Shown here piece after piece: positions 48,790 to 58,782 of a stretch of DNA of 64,000 nt. The notes under the pieces were generated by a model. The model worked only from the letters and a program-made list of their open reading frames with translations, was not told the origin of the DNA and did not search any database. Made by a program: the position numbers and the translations under genes. Positions within the stretch are counted from its first letter, which is position 1, and each line of letters begins with the position of its first letter. The stretch is from Cenarchaeum sp. GTDB lineage: Archaea; Thermoproteota; Nitrososphaeria; Nitrososphaerales; Nitrosopumilaceae. The stretch covers positions 576,001 to 640,000 of the forward strand of contig CBDESU010000002.1 of assembly GCA_965242695.1 (NCBI GenBank). Direction: 5' to 3'.

Positions 48790-49775
48790 TTGAAGATCGG
48801 CCCCCTCGTGTAGATCTTCTTCTGGATGGACCGGGAGTTGAAGAACGACTTGTAGTTGCTGTACCTGTCGTGGCGGTAGTCTTTGACGTCGCCGGGTATC
48901 ATGCTGCGGAACTCTTTTGCCGCATGCGCTATGTCGCGGCGCGGCCTTATCCCGAACTTGCCGGCCTTTGCGCCGGACACGCGGTAGTCGCGCTTGTCGA
49001 CTATATCCTTGGACAGCGACACCTTTGCCGGCACGCTCCTTGCGACCTCCTTCGCGGCCTGCCGTATGGTCAGGTTCTTCCAGATTATGTTGTACGTGCC
49101 CTCCATGCCCTTGTCGACGGCGTACGCGAACGCGTCGGCCGCGTCGGCCACGTGCAGGAACGGCCTCCACTGCGCGCCCCCGAACACGGTGAGCTTCTCG
49201 CCGTTGAGCGCCTGCGCTAGGAACAGGTTGATGGCCAGGTCGAACCGCATGCGGTGGGACGCGCCGAACAGCGTCCCGAGCCGCAGTATGGTCGGATAGT
49301 CGTACGCCTGGAGTATGGCCCTTTCCGACTCGTACTTTGACTGCCCGTACGAGTCGAGGGGGTTGACCTCTGATCCCTCCGTTATGAGCCGGTCCGGCTG
49401 CGCGCCGTACACCGAGCACGTGCTCGCAAACACAAACTGCCGTATCTTGTACAGCTTGCACAGGTCGGCCAGGCTGCGGGTCGCCAGGTAGTTTATCTCG
49501 ATGGACGCCTTTGGGTCGAGCTCGGACGACTGCGTCCCGACGATCGACGCGAGGTGTATGACGACGTCGGCGCCCTTTAGCGACCTGCTGACTATGGCCA
49601 GGTCGCGCACGTCGCCGGATACCAGCTCTAGGCGGCTGTCGCCGGATACGGCCGAGACCGGCTCGCGGCCAAACAGAAAATTGTCCAGGACGCGCACGTC
49701 GTACCCCTTCTTGAGGAGGCGGCGCGTGAGGAGCGACCCGAGGTACCCCGAGCCCCCCGTGAGCAGCACCCTCAT
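48786..49775 (-). CDS. NAD-dependent epimerase/dehydratase
   Basis: LTGGSGYLG, STCSVYG, YGQSK. Confidence 0.93.
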   Translation of the reverse strand: MRVLLTGGSGYLGSLLTRRLLKKGYDVRVLDNFLFGREPVSAVSGDSRLELVSGDVRDLAIVSRSLKGADVVIHLASIVGTQSSELDPKASIEINYLATRSLADLCKLYKIRQFVFASTCSVYGAQPDRLITEGSEVNPLDSYGQSKYESERAILQAYDYPTILRLGTLFGASHRMRFDLAINLFLAQALNGEKLTVFGGAQWRPFLHVADAADAFAYAVDKGMEGTYNIIWKNLTIRQAAKEVARSVPAKVSLSKDIVDKRDYRVSGAKAGKFGIRPRRDIAHAAKEFRSMIPGDVKDYRHDRYSNYKSFFNSRSIQKKIYTRGPIFK

Positions 49776-50221
49776 CGATCCCTCACCTTCCAGACGTCGC
49801 CGTGCGCGTACGGGTCGAGCCGCTCGTCGTCGGGGTTGTCGGCATCGAACGGCTCGCTCGAGACGCCTAGCACTACCGTGCCGTCCTCTAGCGACATCCA
49901 GCCCGTGTACACGCCGGTCGGCACCTCTAGCACGGACGGGCTGCGCGAGGACAGGACGAACGTGTCGGTCGCGCCGCGGGTGGGGCTCGACTCGCGGTCG
50001 TCGACGGCGACGAACTTTGCAGAGCCGGAGGCCGCAAAGAAGGCCTTGCGCTCGCGCGAGTGCTTGTGGAAGCCCCTTACCGTCCCGCGCGCAAAGTTTC
50101 CCGTCGCGTATATGCGGCGTATGGGGAACGGGTCGGAAAAGCCCTCTGGGAGCACCTGCGAGAGGAACCCGCGGTCGTCGACGAACGACCTCACGGGAGT
50201 CAGCCTCACGCCATCGATCAC
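49772..50221 (-). CDS. dTDP-4-dehydrorhamnose 3,5-epimerase-like cupin (RmlC-like)
   Basis: DDRGFL, VRGFHKH, D.R..SPT; start approximate. Confidence 0.88.
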   Translation of the reverse strand: MIDGVRLTPVRSFVDDRGFLSQVLPEGFSDPFPIRRIYATGNFARGTVRGFHKHSRERKAFFAASGSAKFVAVDDRESSPTRGATDTFVLSSRSPSVLEVPTGVYTGWMSLEDGTVVLGVSSEPFDADNPDDERLDPYAHGDVWKVRDR

Positions 50222-50268
50222 GCCGCGCGCGGCCGGCGCCTCTCTAATAACGGTAACCGGCCGCAGGC

Positions 50269-51486
50269 CTAGATGCCGTCGGGGTAGGCAGGGTTCTTCC
50301 AGCGGCCGCGGTACCTGCTCGTCTCGCTGCCCGTGCCCGCCCGCGGGTGGTTCCACCACACCTTTGGCGAGCGCGCCTCGGCGTCGATCCTTTCCAGGGC
50401 GCGCACCATCCGCGCCGAGCAGTCGGGGCGGCCGTACGGGTTCTTCCAGCCGCGGCGGCTGCGGCCGAGCACGGTGCGGGCCGCCTCGACGATGTGCCTG
50501 CGCACCACCCCGGCGACGATGTTGGAGCCGGCCTCGACGGTCTCGGGCCTCTCGGTGCTGATCCGCGCCGTCACGCACGGCACCCTGAATATGCAGGTGT
50601 CCTCCTGGACTGTGCCAGAGTCGGTCACGCAGCACATTGCGTTCTTTTCGAGCTTTGAGAACTCTAGGAACCCAACGGGGTCCATCACGCGCACGCCGCG
50701 CGGCACCCTTGCGCCGAGCCGCCTGATCGACTCCTGCGTGCGCGGGTGCGCCGGGAACACGACGGGCGCGCCGTACGTGCGGGACAGCTCGCCGAGGGCG
50801 CCGAGTATGGACGACAGCGGCCGGCGCGAGCCGACGTTCTCGGGGCGGTGGGCCGTGGCCAGAAAGTACCCGCCCCTCTCGAGCCCGAGCTCGTCGAGGA
50901 CGGGGCTCTTGTCTATGCGGCCGGCAAAGTCGGTCAGTACCTCGTAGATGGGCTTGCCGATGCGGTGTATGCGGTGCCGTGCGATCCCCTCGCCGAGCAG
51001 GTTCGCCTCGGTGCCGCGGGTCGGCGTGAACAGATAGTCCGAGATGCTGTCGAGCAGGCGGCGGTTCTTTTCCTCTGGCATGCGCCAGTCGCCGCTGCGC
51101 ATGCCCGCCTCGAGGTGGACGACCTTGACGCCCATCTTTGATGCGACGATCCCGGCAAGGGCTGGGTTTGCGTCCGAGAACGAGAATACCAGGTCGGGCT
51201 TTTCGCGCGCCAGGACGGCCTCGAACTTCCGGGCAAGCTCGGCGAGCTGCTCGGCCTGCGTGCCCGACCCGATGCCGAGGTGGTAGTCCGGCTTTGGAAA
51301 GCCGAGCTGGTCGAAGAAGAGCCCGTTGAAAAAGTAGGAATAGTGCTGGCCCGTGTGCACGATCTTTAGGTCTGCCTTCCGGCGGCGCAGGCGGCGCACG
51401 AGCGGCTCGTAGTTTATGATGTCGGGGCGGATGCCGAGGACTATGACGTACTTTGCCCGCACGGGCGGCGCGGGGCGGCGTTTCAA
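50269..51486 (-). CDS. wecB: UDP-N-acetylglucosamine 2-epimerase (non-hydrolysing)
   Basis: GIRPD, HTGQH, HLEAGMRS..MPEE.NR, HRPEN, TDSGTVQE, TERPE. Confidence 0.92.
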   Translation of the reverse strand: MKRRPAPPVRAKYVIVLGIRPDIINYEPLVRRLRRRKADLKIVHTGQHYSYFFNGLFFDQLGFPKPDYHLGIGSGTQAEQLAELARKFEAVLAREKPDLVFSFSDANPALAGIVASKMGVKVVHLEAGMRSGDWRMPEEKNRRLLDSISDYLFTPTRGTEANLLGEGIARHRIHRIGKPIYEVLTDFAGRIDKSPVLDELGLERGGYFLATAHRPENVGSRRPLSSILGALGELSRTYGAPVVFPAHPRTQESIRRLGARVPRGVRVMDPVGFLEFSKLEKNAMCCVTDSGTVQEDTCIFRVPCVTARISTERPETVEAGSNIVAGVVRRHIVEAARTVLGRSRRGWKNPYGRPDCSARMVRALERIDAEARSPKVWWNHPRAGTGSETSRYRGRWKNPAYPDGI

Positions 51487-51529
51487 TATATCCCTCGCGC
51501 CGGCCGGGGAGGCGTGCGGGCCCCGCCGT

Positions 51530-54224
51530 GCGAGAGCTCAGGTCTTAGGGCGGGCCGTGGCGGTCGACTTGGCGGCGGCACTGGAGAAGAGCGGCAGGGG
51601 GCGGAGAACAGGCCATGTGCATGCCCGCCGCGCGGCGGCTGGGGCGGGACGCATCAGCCTGCCATCAACCCGCGGCGCCGGCAGGGAGGGGGGCAGGGGC
51701 CGCCGAGGACGCGGCCGGATCCTGCCCCCGGCCTGCCGGCTTCCTTCATCCGGCGCCGCTGCTCCTTGCCCCGCCGCCGCCCGGGGGCATCCATGCCGGC
51801 GGCTCCCCTGCCGGCGGCCCGTCGAGTATGTTCCAGCTGGGATCGGCAATGGCGTAGGTCACGGCCCTGCCCAGCGACATGCCCCGCCTTCCGGCATTGG
51901 CCGCGATCGTCATCTTTCCCGACCCGACGACCATGCCGCGGTGCCCCTTGAACTGCACGTGCGCATCCATGTACCGCTTTGCGACGTTGCGTATGACCCT
52001 CTCCACGTCGTTCGAGTGCGCCGGCATGCCGTCGACCTGCGTGTGGTAGAACAGGCACGGCATCGCATTCTCGTACCGCGTCCTGACAGGATGCTTGTCC
52101 CCGTACCCCTCGAGTATGGCGCACATCGCGCGCTGCAGGGCGAGGGCCACGATCGGGGGCGCCGTGTCGATGCGCGAGCTGACCCTGTAGAGGCACAGGA
52201 GGCCAAAGTACGTGGTCGAGTCCCTGCGGTACCCCGCGATCTCTTTGGCGGTCGGCCTGCGCCCCGACCGCGGCCGGGACGGCGGCGGCGGCGGCGGCGA
52301 TCCCGATGCCGCGTCGCGATCAATTATTCCCGCAAGCCCGCCGCGCCTCGGGCGCCGCACCCCTCCTGCCGCCTTCCCCCTCTTTTTGAGCGCAATGTCT
52401 CCAGCCCGCGGCGGCCGCGGAAGGGAGGCAGGCGGGAGGGGCGCGGCGGCATCCGGGTGGCCGGAGGCGGCGGGCAGGATCGAGCGGATGGCCTTGACAG
52501 TGTCTCGGCCGCATCCGCCGCCGTCGGCCGGCTCGACAGACGGCAGCTCGGCGCCGTCCACCAGCCGGACGCCCGGACTGGACCTGATCATGTCGACGAG
52601 CGGGGGGATTACGGCCCTCTCGACGGCCCTGAACTCGGCGCCGGGGTCTATGCCGGCCTCTTCGGCGTAGTCCCCAAACAGGGTGAGCCACACGTAGACG
52701 GGCTCTTCGGCGCTGCGCAGGTTGTGCACCGAGTCGGACTGCCTGTTCTTGTCGGGGTAGGCGCCGTGCTCGTCCGTGACCTTTGGGAGGCTCCAGATCG
52801 GGCCGAGCGCCTCTTCGAGCGATGCCGCAGATCTGCTCGGGGCGGCCGTGATCAGCACGGCATCGCCGCTGCACGCGGCCACGATGTACGCCCACCTGCC
52901 CATGCTGCGCGCCATGGTCTCGTCGATCACGGCGTAGCCATTGGCGCATATGCGCTCGACTATCCGCGGGATCAGGTGGGCCGCGGCGTCCATGCTCGCC
53001 GACACGGCGTTGGCGACCGCATTCTCGGACACGTCGATCCCGTAGTACCACCGGATGTAGTTGGCCGCATCCTGGTAGGACATGTGCTCGGTCAGGTCCA
53101 GCAGGCGCTCCCTGATGATCGCGCCGAGCGCCGTTCCGGGGATCGAGATCGGCGTGCTCGCCTTCCAAGGCAGCCCGCACGCCGAGCAGCAGCCGACCTC
53201 GAGCTTTAGCGCTACGGCGCAGCCTCGCCCGACGCCGCCGATCCGGACGGCCTCCCTGGCAAGGTCCTGCAGGCGCCTGCCCCTGCCGTTGGTCGCTTCA
53301 AACTCCAAGAGCCATCCTCCGATCAGGTCGTAGAGCCGCTTGACGGCGTACCCGATTACGACATAGTCGGCGCCGCAGCACCACGAGGGCCCGAGCGGGA
53401 CGGCCAGGGTGCACTCGGTCTTTGTGCTGTTCGACTTTCCCGGGCCGCGGCGGCGGCGTCTGGAGGGCGCCGCCGGTTCCGCCACCGCCGTCGCCGCCTG
53501 GGATTCGGCCCCCTTTTTCCTCCCCCTCCTCCCTGCCGCCGCGCCGCCGCTGTCGCCGCCCCTCCGCCGGCTCCCGCTTCCCTCCAGGCCCCGCTCCGGC
53601 GAGTCCGCGTTCATGTCCCTGCCGCCGCCGCCGCTGCCGCCGCCCCTCCGCCTGCCGTCGTCCCCCTCGTTGTACGATCCGATCTTTGCGCGCAGCCTGT
53701 CGCGCTCCCTGTGGCATATCGCCCGCGACGAGGTTGGGCTGTTGGGGTTTTCATGGCGCCGGAGCAGGGTGCGCATGCCCTCTACATCCTCCTCGAGCCT
53801 TCTGCATCTTTCCGACAGCTCGGCGCTCGTACCGGCCGAGGTGGCCAGTGCCGTCTTCTGCAGGCAGCAGGTGATCCTCAGGCCGTCCCGTTCCGCGGTG
53901 ACCTCCGACAGATTGGACACAAGCTGGCGGATGGTCTCGTTGAGGGTTTCCGTCTCGGCGTCATGCCTGCGGTGCACATTCGCAAGCTCCCTGCGGAGCA
54001 GGGTGACCTCGGACGGCGATCCCATGGCCGCGCGCCGAACCAATTTGATCGATAAAGGTTTGGATCCTTGGCGCCAGGTTCGGGTGCCCGGCGCCGCCGA
54101 ACTGCCGCAGCCGCGGCATGTCGTCGGCAGGCTGTGCCAGTGCACCTGCCACCACCTGCAAGCAGCCTCGCCCCCCCCCCCCTCCGTCAGGCGTCAGTGG
54201 CATGGGTGAGACCTGAGCTCTCGC
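51530..54224 (-). mobile_element. IS66-like element, 2695 bp
   Basis: 16-bp perfect TIR GCGAGAGCTCAGGTCT (51530-51545 and 54209-54224); 8-bp TSD CCCGCCGT on both sides (boundary could shift by 2 nt). Confidence 0.88.
51746..54025 (-). CDS. IS66-family DDE transposase
   Basis: Coiled coil, NPNSPTS, CSACG, IDET, VTD..GAY, SNDVERVIR. Confidence 0.85.
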   Translation of the reverse strand: MGSPSEVTLLRRELANVHRRHDAETETLNETIRQLVSNLSEVTAERDGLRITCCLQKTALATSAGTSAELSERCRRLEEDVEGMRTLLRRHENPNSPTSSRAICHRERDRLRAKIGSYNEGDDGRRRGGGSGGGGRDMNADSPERGLEGSGSRRRGGDSGGAAAGRRGRKKGAESQAATAVAEPAAPSRRRRRGPGKSNSTKTECTLAVPLGPSWCCGADYVVIGYAVKRLYDLIGGWLLEFEATNGRGRRLQDLAREAVRIGGVGRGCAVALKLEVGCCSACGLPWKASTPISIPGTALGAIIRERLLDLTEHMSYQDAANYIRWYYGIDVSENAVANAVSASMDAAAHLIPRIVERICANGYAVIDETMARSMGRWAYIVAACSGDAVLITAAPSRSAASLEEALGPIWSLPKVTDEHGAYPDKNRQSDSVHNLRSAEEPVYVWLTLFGDYAEEAGIDPGAEFRAVERAVIPPLVDMIRSSPGVRLVDGAELPSVEPADGGGCGRDTVKAIRSILPAASGHPDAAAPLPPASLPRPPRAGDIALKKRGKAAGGVRRPRRGGLAGIIDRDAASGSPPPPPPSRPRSGRRPTAKEIAGYRRDSTTYFGLLCLYRVSSRIDTAPPIVALALQRAMCAILEGYGDKHPVRTRYENAMPCLFYHTQVDGMPAHSNDVERVIRNVAKRYMDAHVQFKGHRGMVVGSGKMTIAANAGRRGMSLGRAVTYAIADPSWNILDGPPAGEPPAWMPPGGGGARSSGAG

Positions 54225-54273
54225 CCCGCCGTGCCGCCTGACTTTTTATATTTCGGCCCGGACGGCGCGCGCG

Positions 54274-54846
54274 ATGGAGGGCGGGCACCTGCAGGAGGGC
54301 GGCAGGGGGTACAGGGTGTTCCTGTACGTCTTCTACGCGTGCGCCGCCGCCATGGGCACGATCGCCGCGTATGGCGCGTACGCGATGCACGCCGAGTGGC
54401 AGCAGACCGGCACGTACGTGATGGGCGAGGTGCTCAACACGACGGTCGTTCCGTTCGAGAACTTTGCGCGGCTCTCGACGTGGCTGTTCTTTGCGGCCGT
54501 CATCAGCTGGTACTGCGTCTCCAGGATAGGCTGGACGAGGACGACGGAGGGCAAGATCCCCGGCGCGCGCATGGCGCTGCTGCAGCTCATGCTGCTCGGC
54601 TTTGCCATAATCTGCCTGTACGAGGTGCTCTGGAACTTTGCCGTCCTGAACGCAAAGATCGCCGCCGGCGTCGCGAACGGGGCCGTCCCCGACATCGACC
54701 GGCTCAGCGTGGCGTACCCCGACGAGGCGCGGCCGTGGAACCTGATATTTGCCACCAAGATATTCCTGGCCGGCTTCCTGATCAGCGCGCATGCGTTCTA
54801 CCTGAGCACGAGGCCGCGCAAGCGGCCCGGCCAGGGCCAGGGCTAG
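54274..54846 (+). CDS. conserved membrane protein
   Basis: ~4 TM helices; TATA TTTTTATA at ~54243. Confidence 0.8.
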   Translation: MEGGHLQEGGRGYRVFLYVFYACAAAMGTIAAYGAYAMHAEWQQTGTYVMGEVLNTTVVPFENFARLSTWLFFAAVISWYCVSRIGWTRTTEGKIPGARMALLQLMLLGFAIICLYEVLWNFAVLNAKIAAGVANGAVPDIDRLSVAYPDEARPWNLIFATKIFLAGFLISAHAFYLSTRPRKRPGQGQG

Positions 54847-54880
54847 GCCGGACAGGGGCGCCGGTGGGCGGAGGGCCGGC

Positions 54881-55114
54881 TCAGGGACCCCGGCGGTTGA
54901 CGGTGAGCGTCGAGCGTATGCGGTCCATCTTGTGGACGTTCCACGTCAGGAACTCCTTGAGCTTTTCGATGTTGGACACCTCGATCTTGGCGAGCAGGTC
55001 GTACGCGCCGTACGTGTGGTCGACCCAAACGACCTCCTCCATCTCCTTGAGCTTGTCGGCGACCTCCTCCTCGGCGCCGAGGTCGCACTTTATGAGGGCA
55101 TAGCACACCGTCAC
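54881..55114 (-). CDS. Lrp/AsnC ligand-binding-domain protein
   Basis: YALIKCDLG.EEEV..TYGAYDLLAKIE..IRSTLT. Confidence 0.85.
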   Translation of the reverse strand: MTVCYALIKCDLGAEEEVADKLKEMEEVVWVDHTYGAYDLLAKIEVSNIEKLKEFLTWNVHKMDRIRSTLTVNRRGP

Positions 55115-55199
55115 GGCCGGCCGCGGGCGGCGCACTATTTCAAAGTGTCGGGGGGCGGCCACCCACGGTTTATAGGCGCGCCGGCGGGGCCCTGCGCGC

Positions 55200-56258
55200 G
55201 TGGACATAGACTCTAGGCTGGCCCTCGTCATGCGGCCGCCTACCGAAGAGGTCGTCACCGAGGCCGAGATGAGGGCCCTGCTCGAGTCCGAGGCCGCCCC
55301 CCGCCACTACATAGGGCTGGAGGTGTCGGGGTTCCTGCACCTGGGCAGCCTCGTGAGCACGGGCTACAAGATCAACGACCTGATCGAGGCCGGCGCGAGG
55401 TGCACCGTCTTCCTGGCCGACTGGCACACGATGATCAACGACAAGCTCGGAGGCGACGAGGGGCGCATCAGAGAGGTCGCCGCGTACTACCGCAGCGCCT
55501 TTGCTGCCGTCTGCCCCGGCGCGGACATACGGTACGGCTCGGACCTGTACAAGGACAACCCCGAGTACTGGCGCGAGCTTGTGAGGTTTGCGGGGCACAT
55601 GTCGCTGGACCGCACGCGGCGGGCCCTGACGATCATGGGGCGGTCAGAGGCCGACTCCAGGACAGACCTGGCAAAGCTGCTGTACCCCGCCATGCAGGCA
55701 GTCGACATCAGGTTCCTCGGTGTGGACATCGCTCACGCGGGGATGGACCAGCGCAAGATACACATGCTCGTGCGCGACACGTTCCCAAAGATGGGCTGGA
55801 AGGTGCCCGTCGCGCTGCACCACCGCCTGCTCCCGGGCCTGTCCCGGCCGGCGGAAGGGGAACAGGAGGCCGGCGCCGCCGGAGCGCCCGGCGCGAAGAT
55901 GTCAAAGTCGAGCCCCGACTCGGGCATACTAGTGCACGACACGGCCGACCAAGTACGCTCAAAGATCAAGAAGGCTTGGTGCGAGGAGGGGCGCACGGAT
56001 GCAAACCCGCTGCTCGAGATGTGCAGGCAGATACTGTTCAGGTCGGGGCCGATGCGCATCGAGCGCCCCGACAGGTTCGGCGGCGACGTAGAGTTCGGCT
56101 CGTACGAGGAGCTAGAGGCCGCGTTTGGCGCAAAAAGGCTGCACCCGTCCGACCTGAAGGGGGCCGTCGCCGGCGCGCTCGCGCCGATCGTCGAGGGAAT
56201 CGCCGCCAAGGCGCCGATGAGCGAGCGGGTGCGGCGGATAATAGAGGGAAGGGACTAG
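55200..56258 (+). CDS. tyrS: tyrosine--tRNA ligase (archaeal type)
   Basis: YIGLE.SG.LHLGS, YPAMQAVD, AGMDQRK, KMSKS. Confidence 0.95.
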   Translation: MDIDSRLALVMRPPTEEVVTEAEMRALLESEAAPRHYIGLEVSGFLHLGSLVSTGYKINDLIEAGARCTVFLADWHTMINDKLGGDEGRIREVAAYYRSAFAAVCPGADIRYGSDLYKDNPEYWRELVRFAGHMSLDRTRRALTIMGRSEADSRTDLAKLLYPAMQAVDIRFLGVDIAHAGMDQRKIHMLVRDTFPKMGWKVPVALHHRLLPGLSRPAEGEQEAGAAGAPGAKMSKSSPDSGILVHDTADQVRSKIKKAWCEEGRTDANPLLEMCRQILFRSGPMRIERPDRFGGDVEFGSYEELEAAFGAKRLHPSDLKGAVAGALAPIVEGIAAKAPMSERVRRIIEGRD

Positions 56259-57052
56259 GCCTGCGCGGAAGACGGCGGCTCGCCTCGCAGGGCGTACTTT
56301 GACGTGTACCCGCGCGGGTTGATCATCATGTCCTTGTAGTTGTACGTCGACGAGTTGCCGACTATGACGGTGCTGATCATGCCGAGCTTGTCTGCGTGCT
56401 CCTCCATGCGGCCAAGGTCGGTGAGCACGACAGACTGCGAGCTGCGGAAAGCCCCCTTGATGATGGCCACCGGCGTCGATGCGGCGCGGTGCTCGAGCAG
56501 TATGCGGCGCGCATCGCGCAGCTGGTGTATGCGCCTCTTGCTCGACGGGTTGTATATGACGACGACAAAGTCGCCGCGGGCGGCCGCCTCGACCCTCTTT
56601 GCGATGATCTCCCACGGCACGAGCAGGTCGCTCATGCTCAGGACGGCAAAGTCGGTCATCAGCGGCGAGCCGATGATGGACGCGCACGAGTTGAGCGCCG
56701 ACACGCCGGGGACGACCTCTACGGGCAGGCTGCCCGACTGCGGGTCCCACCCCATCTCGGCGAGCGTCTCGTAGATGAGGCCGGCCATGCCGTATATGCC
56801 CGGGTCGCCGCTGGAGACGAGCGAGACCGTCCTGCCGGACATGGCAAGGTCGATGCACTGCCTTGCCCGCTCCACCTCCTGCGTCATGGCGTAGCGGTAC
56901 ACGTCCTTGCCGGCGATCAGGTCCTGCACGAGGTTGACGTACGTCTCGTACCCGACGATCGTGTCGCTCTCCCCGATGGCCTCCTTGGCGCGGAACGTCA
57001 TGTGGTCGTGGTGGCCCGGCCCGACGCCGACAATGTACAGCTTGCCGCCCAT
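56255..57052 (-). CDS. cobJ: precorrin-3B/cobalt-factor III C17-methyltransferase
   Basis: VGVGPG, SSGDPGIYGMAG, SDLLVPWE, YNP.S, NPRGY. Confidence 0.95.
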   Translation of the reverse strand: MGGKLYIVGVGPGHHDHMTFRAKEAIGESDTIVGYETYVNLVQDLIAGKDVYRYAMTQEVERARQCIDLAMSGRTVSLVSSGDPGIYGMAGLIYETLAEMGWDPQSGSLPVEVVPGVSALNSCASIIGSPLMTDFAVLSMSDLLVPWEIIAKRVEAAARGDFVVVIYNPSSKRRIHQLRDARRILLEHRAASTPVAIIKGAFRSSQSVVLTDLGRMEEHADKLGMISTVIVGNSSTYNYKDMMINPRGYTSKYALRGEPPSSAQA

Positions 57053-57112
57053 GTGTCGCCGCATTGCGGCGGCGGCTATTTTACCGTTGGGGGCTGCGGT
57101 GGTGCGGCGCGG

Positions 57113-58717
57113 CTAGGGTTTGTCGCCGTCATCGCCGGTGCCAGCATCGTCTGCATCGCCGGTGTCGGCATCGCCGGTGTCGGCATCGCCGGTGTCGGCA
57201 TCGCCGTCGCCGCCGCCTCTTTCCCCCGAGCCGCCCTGGAAGGGGTCGATGACGGGGCTGTTCACGACAAAGTCCCTGTTGAGCGGCAGGGCGAGCGTTA
57301 CGGCAATGTCCTCCGAGCCCTCGAGCGCCTCGACGTCGGCGACCGTCTGCAGGACGGACGCCTCCTGCTCGTCGGCCCACTTTGCCACGTACAGGTGCAT
57401 TATCGGCGTGTACGAGTCCTCGCCGGGCGCGGCCGTCGATATGCCCGGCTGGAAGCCGAGCTGGCCCTGCCCCCGCACGCCGTTGCCGAACTCGTACGCA
57501 TCGGCCGCGGCCCCCGTGCCGACGAGCTCGGCGAGCAGCGGGGCCGGTGCGGCGCCCATCGCGCCGGCCGGCCCGCCGGGCGAGGCGTCCGTCACGATCC
57601 GGTATATGGTCCGGCCGTCGGGCCCCCACGCGCGGTGCGCGATGAACGTGGCCACCTTGGACTGCTCGTCGAGGCGGGCAATCTGCGCGCCGTCGTACGT
57701 CTCGTTGCCGATCACCTCGTACCCGTCTGCGCGCACGGCCATCTGCCCGCCGTCCCACTTCACCTGCGGCATGTTGGCCACCACCCCGATGCGCTCGACC
57801 GTCACGCGGCTGTCGTTGCGCGCGCCGAGCACCTCTGCCTCGGACGACAGGACCGACGGGCGCTGCCCGATCTTCCACGAGACCTCGCTGACCTGGCGGA
57901 GGGCGCTGTACTCGCGCGGCTGCCCCGGCGTGCTAGAAAAGACGTCGTCCTGGTAGCCCCGTACGCCGCCGCCCTCGACGCCGTTGGTGAACACGTACAC
58001 GCCTGATACGGCGTCATCGGGCGCGCCGCCGAGGGCCGGCGCATGCTCGACCCGCCACCCCTGCCTCTGCGAGACCATCTCGGCGTACTCGGCCCCGCTC
58101 GCGTCCGTCATGGCGTACAGCAGCCCCGTTCCGTTGTAGAGGCCGGCGTGCAGCGGCAGGTAGGCGGGCACGGCCCCCCTTGCAAGCTCGAGCCGCGGGG
58201 GGCCGGCATCCACCGTGACGGTCCGCATGACGACCTCGGTGGGCGGGCCGCGCACCCACCCGTCCAAGGTCGCAGTGGCCGCAAACCTGCCCGCCGTCGA
58301 GTACAGGGCCACGGCGGCCCCCGTAAACTCGGCCGATCCCGACCTGCGCGGCCCCTCGTGCAGCGACAGGGCGTAGTGGGCCTCTCCGTCGACCGTCCAT
58401 GTCGGCTGCCCTGCCCTCTCCTGCCCGTCTGCCAGCTCGTGGAGGACCATCACGCCGACGGGCCTGCTCGCCGCGTACGTCATCGACCCGTCGAATATGC
58501 TGCCCCCGCTCGGCGAGACGAACATTGCGATCTGCGTGCCGTTGCGCCCCATGCCAGGGTCGGCCCAAGAGTCGAGCGTCTGCGTAAAGTGGAACTTTTT
58601 GGACGGCGGGCGGGCAGAGGCCGCGTCGGACTCGGCCGTGAGCGAGGCCGCGGCAGCGGCCGCAACGAGCAGGGCCGCGGCAGCGGCTACCGCGGGCACG
58701 ACGACGGCCTTTTTCAC
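57113..58717 (-). CDS. secreted/surface protein of thaumarchaeal type
   Basis: Signal peptide; internally repeated Y..TDAS..F.NG..G.G..G(Y/F)Q..YS/YTP; C-terminal 15-bp DADTG repeats. Confidence 0.75.
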   Translation of the reverse strand: MKKAVVVPAVAAAAALLVAAAAAASLTAESDAASARPPSKKFHFTQTLDSWADPGMGRNGTQIAMFVSPSGGSIFDGSMTYAASRPVGVMVLHELADGQERAGQPTWTVDGEAHYALSLHEGPRRSGSAEFTGAAVALYSTAGRFAATATLDGWVRGPPTEVVMRTVTVDAGPPRLELARGAVPAYLPLHAGLYNGTGLLYAMTDASGAEYAEMVSQRQGWRVEHAPALGGAPDDAVSGVYVFTNGVEGGGVRGYQDDVFSSTPGQPREYSALRQVSEVSWKIGQRPSVLSSEAEVLGARNDSRVTVERIGVVANMPQVKWDGGQMAVRADGYEVIGNETYDGAQIARLDEQSKVATFIAHRAWGPDGRTIYRIVTDASPGGPAGAMGAAPAPLLAELVGTGAAADAYEFGNGVRGQGQLGFQPGISTAAPGEDSYTPIMHLYVAKWADEQEASVLQTVADVEALEGSEDIAVTLALPLNRDFVVNSPVIDPFQGGSGERGGGDGDADTGDADTGDADTGDADDAGTGDDGDKP

Positions 58718-58782
58718 GGGGGCCGGCCCGGCCCAATGGTTAAATTTTTTTGTCCTGCGCCCGCCGCGCCGCGGCCGCCGCG

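Noticed and set aside
48064-51486. Nucleotide-sugar operon as a novel system
   Set aside because: An ordinary surface-glycan precursor cluster (WecB, RmlC-like, epimerase, RmlD-like).
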